Positions 46,686-48,782 of a stretch of 48,782 nucleotides of DNA are shown here, piece after piece. This DNA is from a virus (Duplodnaviria > Caudoviricetes). Location: IMG/VR virus record IMGVR_UViG_3300037424_000640, positions 1 through 48,782 of that record. One strand, given 5' to 3'. The notes beneath the pieces were generated by a model. It was not told the origin of the DNA. It saw only the letters and a program-made list of their open reading frames with translations, and did no database searches. Both the position numbers and the translations under genes were made by a program. Each line of letters starts with the position of its first letter. Position 1 is the first letter of the stretch.

Positions 46686-47000
46686 ATGAAGGAATTAAGA
46701 AAACAAGTACATGACATTGTTGATTGCCACTCTGTTGATTATGACGATGGGAAAAAGGGGTTTCTGGGCGAGTTAAGTAAACATGGTTGTATTAGTGGTA
46801 TGGTAACGGAGCTTATTTATTACAATGACACGGAAAAATTTACCACAAGTCATCGTGAAGCAATTATGGAATTGCTTGCTGACGACATCGACAACGGTAT
46901 GCTTGATGCGGATACCATAGCCAAAGCAATCCAAGGCGGTGCATTTGATAATTGGCTGGCCTGGTATTCTTTTGAAAGAATAGCATTAGAAGAACTTTAG
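46686..47000 (+). CDS. Acidic early protein, DUF7222-like
   Basis: HGCISGMVTELIYYNDT...NWLAWYSFERIA; GGAGG RBS before ATG 46686. Confidence 0.7.
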   Translation: MKELRKQVHDIVDCHSVDYDDGKKGFLGELSKHGCISGMVTELIYYNDTEKFTTSHREAIMELLADDIDNGMLDADTIAKAIQGGAFDNWLAWYSFERIALEEL

Positions 47001-47001
47001 G

Positions 47002-47051
47002 GCTTTTTAACTTGTGCAGCCTGTCGCAGCAGGCTGTCCTGGTTGAAATGC
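47002..47051 (+). promoter_or_regulatory. Early-region conserved hairpin, copy B
   Basis: GCTTTTTAAC...GCAGCCTG/CAGGCTGT...GTTGAAATGC. Confidence 0.65.
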
Positions 47052-47097
47052 TTTTTTCCTGAATAGGGAACGTATCCGAAAGGGGAAAGGAAAGAAA

Positions 47098-47403
47098 ATG
47101 AAAAACAAAGTAGAATTATTGTTTATGGAAAAACCAACAAAACTTAACATTGAGTCAATGGCCTACAACAAAGAATTGGCTGGTGCTTATGCTCAATGTG
47201 ATACTTATGATGTTCACGTTTTTCTGATCTATGCGGATGGAGATGGCTTTATTAATGTTGAAATGTGCAATATCCCTAAGGACAATAAATGCCAAACACA
47301 ATTTGACAACGATTATTTATTGGATGAAGCTACATCAAGGGGTTCCAACGACTCCGGCGAATTCCAAACGATTGAAGCTGCAATTGAAACGATAATGGGT
47401 TAA
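47098..47403 (+). CDS. Acidic hypothetical protein
   Basis: AAGGA RBS. Confidence 0.65.
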   Translation: MKNKVELLFMEKPTKLNIESMAYNKELAGAYAQCDTYDVHVFLIYADGDGFINVEMCNIPKDNKCQTQFDNDYLLDEATSRGSNDSGEFQTIEAAIETIMG

Positions 47404-47505
47404 CCATGCAAACTAAAGATGATGAAAGTATGACATGGGGTGATGTTGACGGAGTGGCAATGGCTATTATAATGAATGTCATTAGAGAAATGGATGACTA
47501 AAAAC

Positions 47506-47658
47506 ATGGACAAAAAGGAAAAGAAGGTTTTGACAAAACTGTTTGCGGATGAGGATCTTGAACTGCTGTCTATCTTGCTTGACAAGTGCATCATCACGAT
47601 CAGGCCAGAAGATAAAAAGGAAAACGCCAATGACAATCAAGAACTTGTTGCAATGTAA
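47506..47658 (+). CDS. Small hypothetical protein (MDKKEKKVLTKLFADEDL...)
   Basis: Differences from the paralogous segment at 45920 are synonymous. Confidence 0.5.
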   Translation: MDKKEKKVLTKLFADEDLELLSILLDKCIITIRPEDKKENANDNQELVAM

Positions 47659-47743
47659 TTTTATCAGGGGATTGCTATTCGCCCTGGCGGTTGTGTTTGT
47701 ATGCTTGTACTTTGGCATCATGGTTGCTTTTATGAGTAAATAA
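47630..47743 (+). CDS. Small single-TM peptide
   Basis: AAGGA RBS; LLFALAVVFVCLYF. Confidence 0.5.
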   Translation: MTIKNLLQCNFIRGLLFALAVVFVCLYFGIMVAFMSK

Positions 47744-47744
47744 C

Positions 47745-48089
47745 ATGGAAACCGGAACATGGCAAGTACAGCAGTTTAATCGGGTGCGCGGCATACAGCT
47801 AAAGGCATTCAAATATAAAAAGGAATGTCGGCGACAGGGCGCTGCATATGCAATGGGAGTTAACCACGGCGATTTTATCAGCGAATTTACAAAGAAAAAG
47901 GACGGTGCAATCATCATTAAAAAGGAAATGCTTTCGCTTGACAATCCGGTTTTGCTTTTTATCGAAGGTGATTATTTTGTAATGAAATTGCAGGAAATAA
48001 CGGAGTACATAGTCAGGTTCATGGCTTGGAACATAACGGCAGCGGTTGCCGGGAAGATACGCAAAAAACATTCATTCTTTACTGAATGA
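47745..48089 (+). CDS. Hypothetical protein
   Basis: Operon packing. Confidence 0.55.
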   Translation: METGTWQVQQFNRVRGIQLKAFKYKKECRRQGAAYAMGVNHGDFISEFTKKKDGAIIIKKEMLSLDNPVLLFIEGDYFVMKLQEITEYIVRFMAWNITAAVAGKIRKKHSFFTE

Positions 48090-48280
48090 AAAAGGAAAAA
48101 ATCATGGAAAAAGAAAACAAGTTTACGCAGAAGCCATTGTACTATCACAAAACCGATGGTGGGGCTGAATATCTAACAGATAAGTTTATTGTCTGCCCTA
48201 ACGGTGAAAAAGAAGGAGTTTTAGAGGATGCAGAAATCATTGTTCGTCTTGATGGTGAACCAGAAATAACCATTAGATAA
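48086..48280 (+). CDS. Hypothetical protein
   Basis: LYYHKTDGGAEYL; the start may be 48104. Confidence 0.6.
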   Translation: MKKEKIMEKENKFTQKPLYYHKTDGGAEYLTDKFIVCPNGEKEGVLEDAEIIVRLDGEPEITIR

Positions 48281-48283
48281 ATA

Positions 48284-48336
48284 GCTTTTCCTCTTGGATC
48301 GGCAACGCATATCGCTGCCGGTTCTGGACGAAATGC
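48284..48336 (+). promoter_or_regulatory. Early-region conserved hairpin, copy C
   Basis: GCTTTTCCTC...GATCGGCA/TGCCGGTT...GACGAAATGC. Confidence 0.55.
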
Positions 48337-48364
48337 GGAATAAAAAGGAAAGCGCATTATTTTG

Positions 48365-48393
48365 TTGACAAAACGTATTACATGATGCATAAC
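48365..48393 (+). promoter_or_regulatory. sigma70-type promoter, probably giving a leaderless mRNA
   Basis: TTGACA-17 nt-CATAAC, 7 nt before ATG 48401. Confidence 0.6.
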
Positions 48394-48400
48394 TACTGTG

Positions 48401-48550
48401 ATGAACAAAAAGGAAAAAGGAAAACCGAAAGTCATGTGGTCGTATCGTATCGAGCCGGAACTCATGGAACTTTTAAAGTTAAAAAGGAAAGAAAAAGGAA
48501 AAGCATTTCCCGGCTGGATTAGAGAAAAATTAAAGGAGAATTTAAAATGA
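48401..48550 (+). CDS. 49-aa ribbon-helix-helix-like regulator (not in ORF track)
   Basis: KVMWSYRIEPELMELLK...PGWIREKLKE; ATGA-coupled to the next gene. Confidence 0.6.
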   Translation: MNKKEKGKPKVMWSYRIEPELMELLKLKRKEKGKAFPGWIREKLKENLK

Positions 48551-48782
48551 AAAAAGTTTTTAACCAAAATGAATTTGAAAAAGCATTGAAAAATGGTGAA
48601 ACGGAATTTGTAATTGATGGATTTACGGCGACATTGATGGGAAAAGAATTTGCCGTACTCAGGGAATCGAGCCATGCCGAACTCTGGGGATCGAGCCATG
48701 CCGTACTCTGGGAATCGAGCCATGCCGTACTCAGGGAATCGAGCCATGCCGAACTCTGGGGATCGAGCCATGCCGTACTCTG
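48547..48782 (+). CDS. 5' part of junction-spanning octapeptide-repeat protein (continues at base 87)
   Basis: AAGGAG RBS; MKKVFNQNEFEKALKNGE...AVLRESSHAELWGSSHAVLWESS. Confidence 0.8.
   Translation, partial: MKKVFNQNEFEKALKNGETEFVIDGFTATLMGKEFAVLRESSHAELWGSSHAVLWESSHAVLRESSHAELWGSSHAVL

Larger units (their letters stand above)
45338..46689 (+). repeat. Tandem duplication: 2 x 658 bp plus a 36-bp third start
   Basis: Units start at 45338, 45996 and 46654; I saw no differences between copies. Confidence 0.92.

Noticed and set aside
45896-47000. N-terminal extensions MGILENK...GGGFK on ORFs 45896-46189 and 46554-47000
   Set aside because: A GGAGG RBS precedes the internal ATGs at 46028 and 46686, and the first copy at 45370 lacks the extension.
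45591-48336. Integron attC cassette array
   Set aside because: No tyrosine recombinase is encoded. The TAAC...GTT resemblance in copies A and B is absent from copy C, so it is kept only as an unclassified hairpin family.
1-48782. Diversity-generating retroelement or retron
   Set aside because: No reverse transcriptase motif and no TR/VR pair was seen. The A-involving variants in the 24-bp repeat are only three biallelic sites.
1-48782. Genome-wide stop-codon reassignment
   Set aside because: Core genes are intact in the standard code, TAG ends several genes directly before the next RBS or start (2830, 6968, 13999), and no suppressor tRNA was found.

Overview
This window is very probably a complete, circularly assembled dsDNA tailed-phage genome of about 48.7 kb. 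Bases 1-86 equal 48697-48782, and one ORF (ATG at 48547) runs in frame across the join to 690. The minus strand (14637-41777) carries a podovirus-like virion module: small and large terminase, portal, scaffold, major capsid, adaptor, a split tail nozzle, fibres and spikes, holins and ejection proteins. The plus strand carries early and middle genes: RecT/Bet, PD-(D/E)XK nuclease, replication initiator, HNH nuclease, thioredoxin, metallophosphoesterase, M15 peptidase and RNA ligase. I recognised no integrase, polymerase, helicase, reverse transcriptase or Cas gene. The most unusual features are mostly missed by the ORF track. (1) A sigma54 (-24/-12) promoter with upstream palindromes fronts an early region that is punctuated by a covarying hairpin family and contains a 658-bp tandem duplication. 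(2) An orphan RiPP-precursor-like peptide has a YxxP leader and CxxG repeats. (3) A c4/CI-type antisense RNA switch lies upstream of the replication genes. (4) A ~270-nt multibranched RNA lies upstream of the peptidase. (5) A tRNA-His-like cloverleaf is embedded in frame in a CDS. (6) A nozzle protein carries a domain nested inside a copy of itself. All calls come from reading motifs by eye; no searches or folding programs were run.
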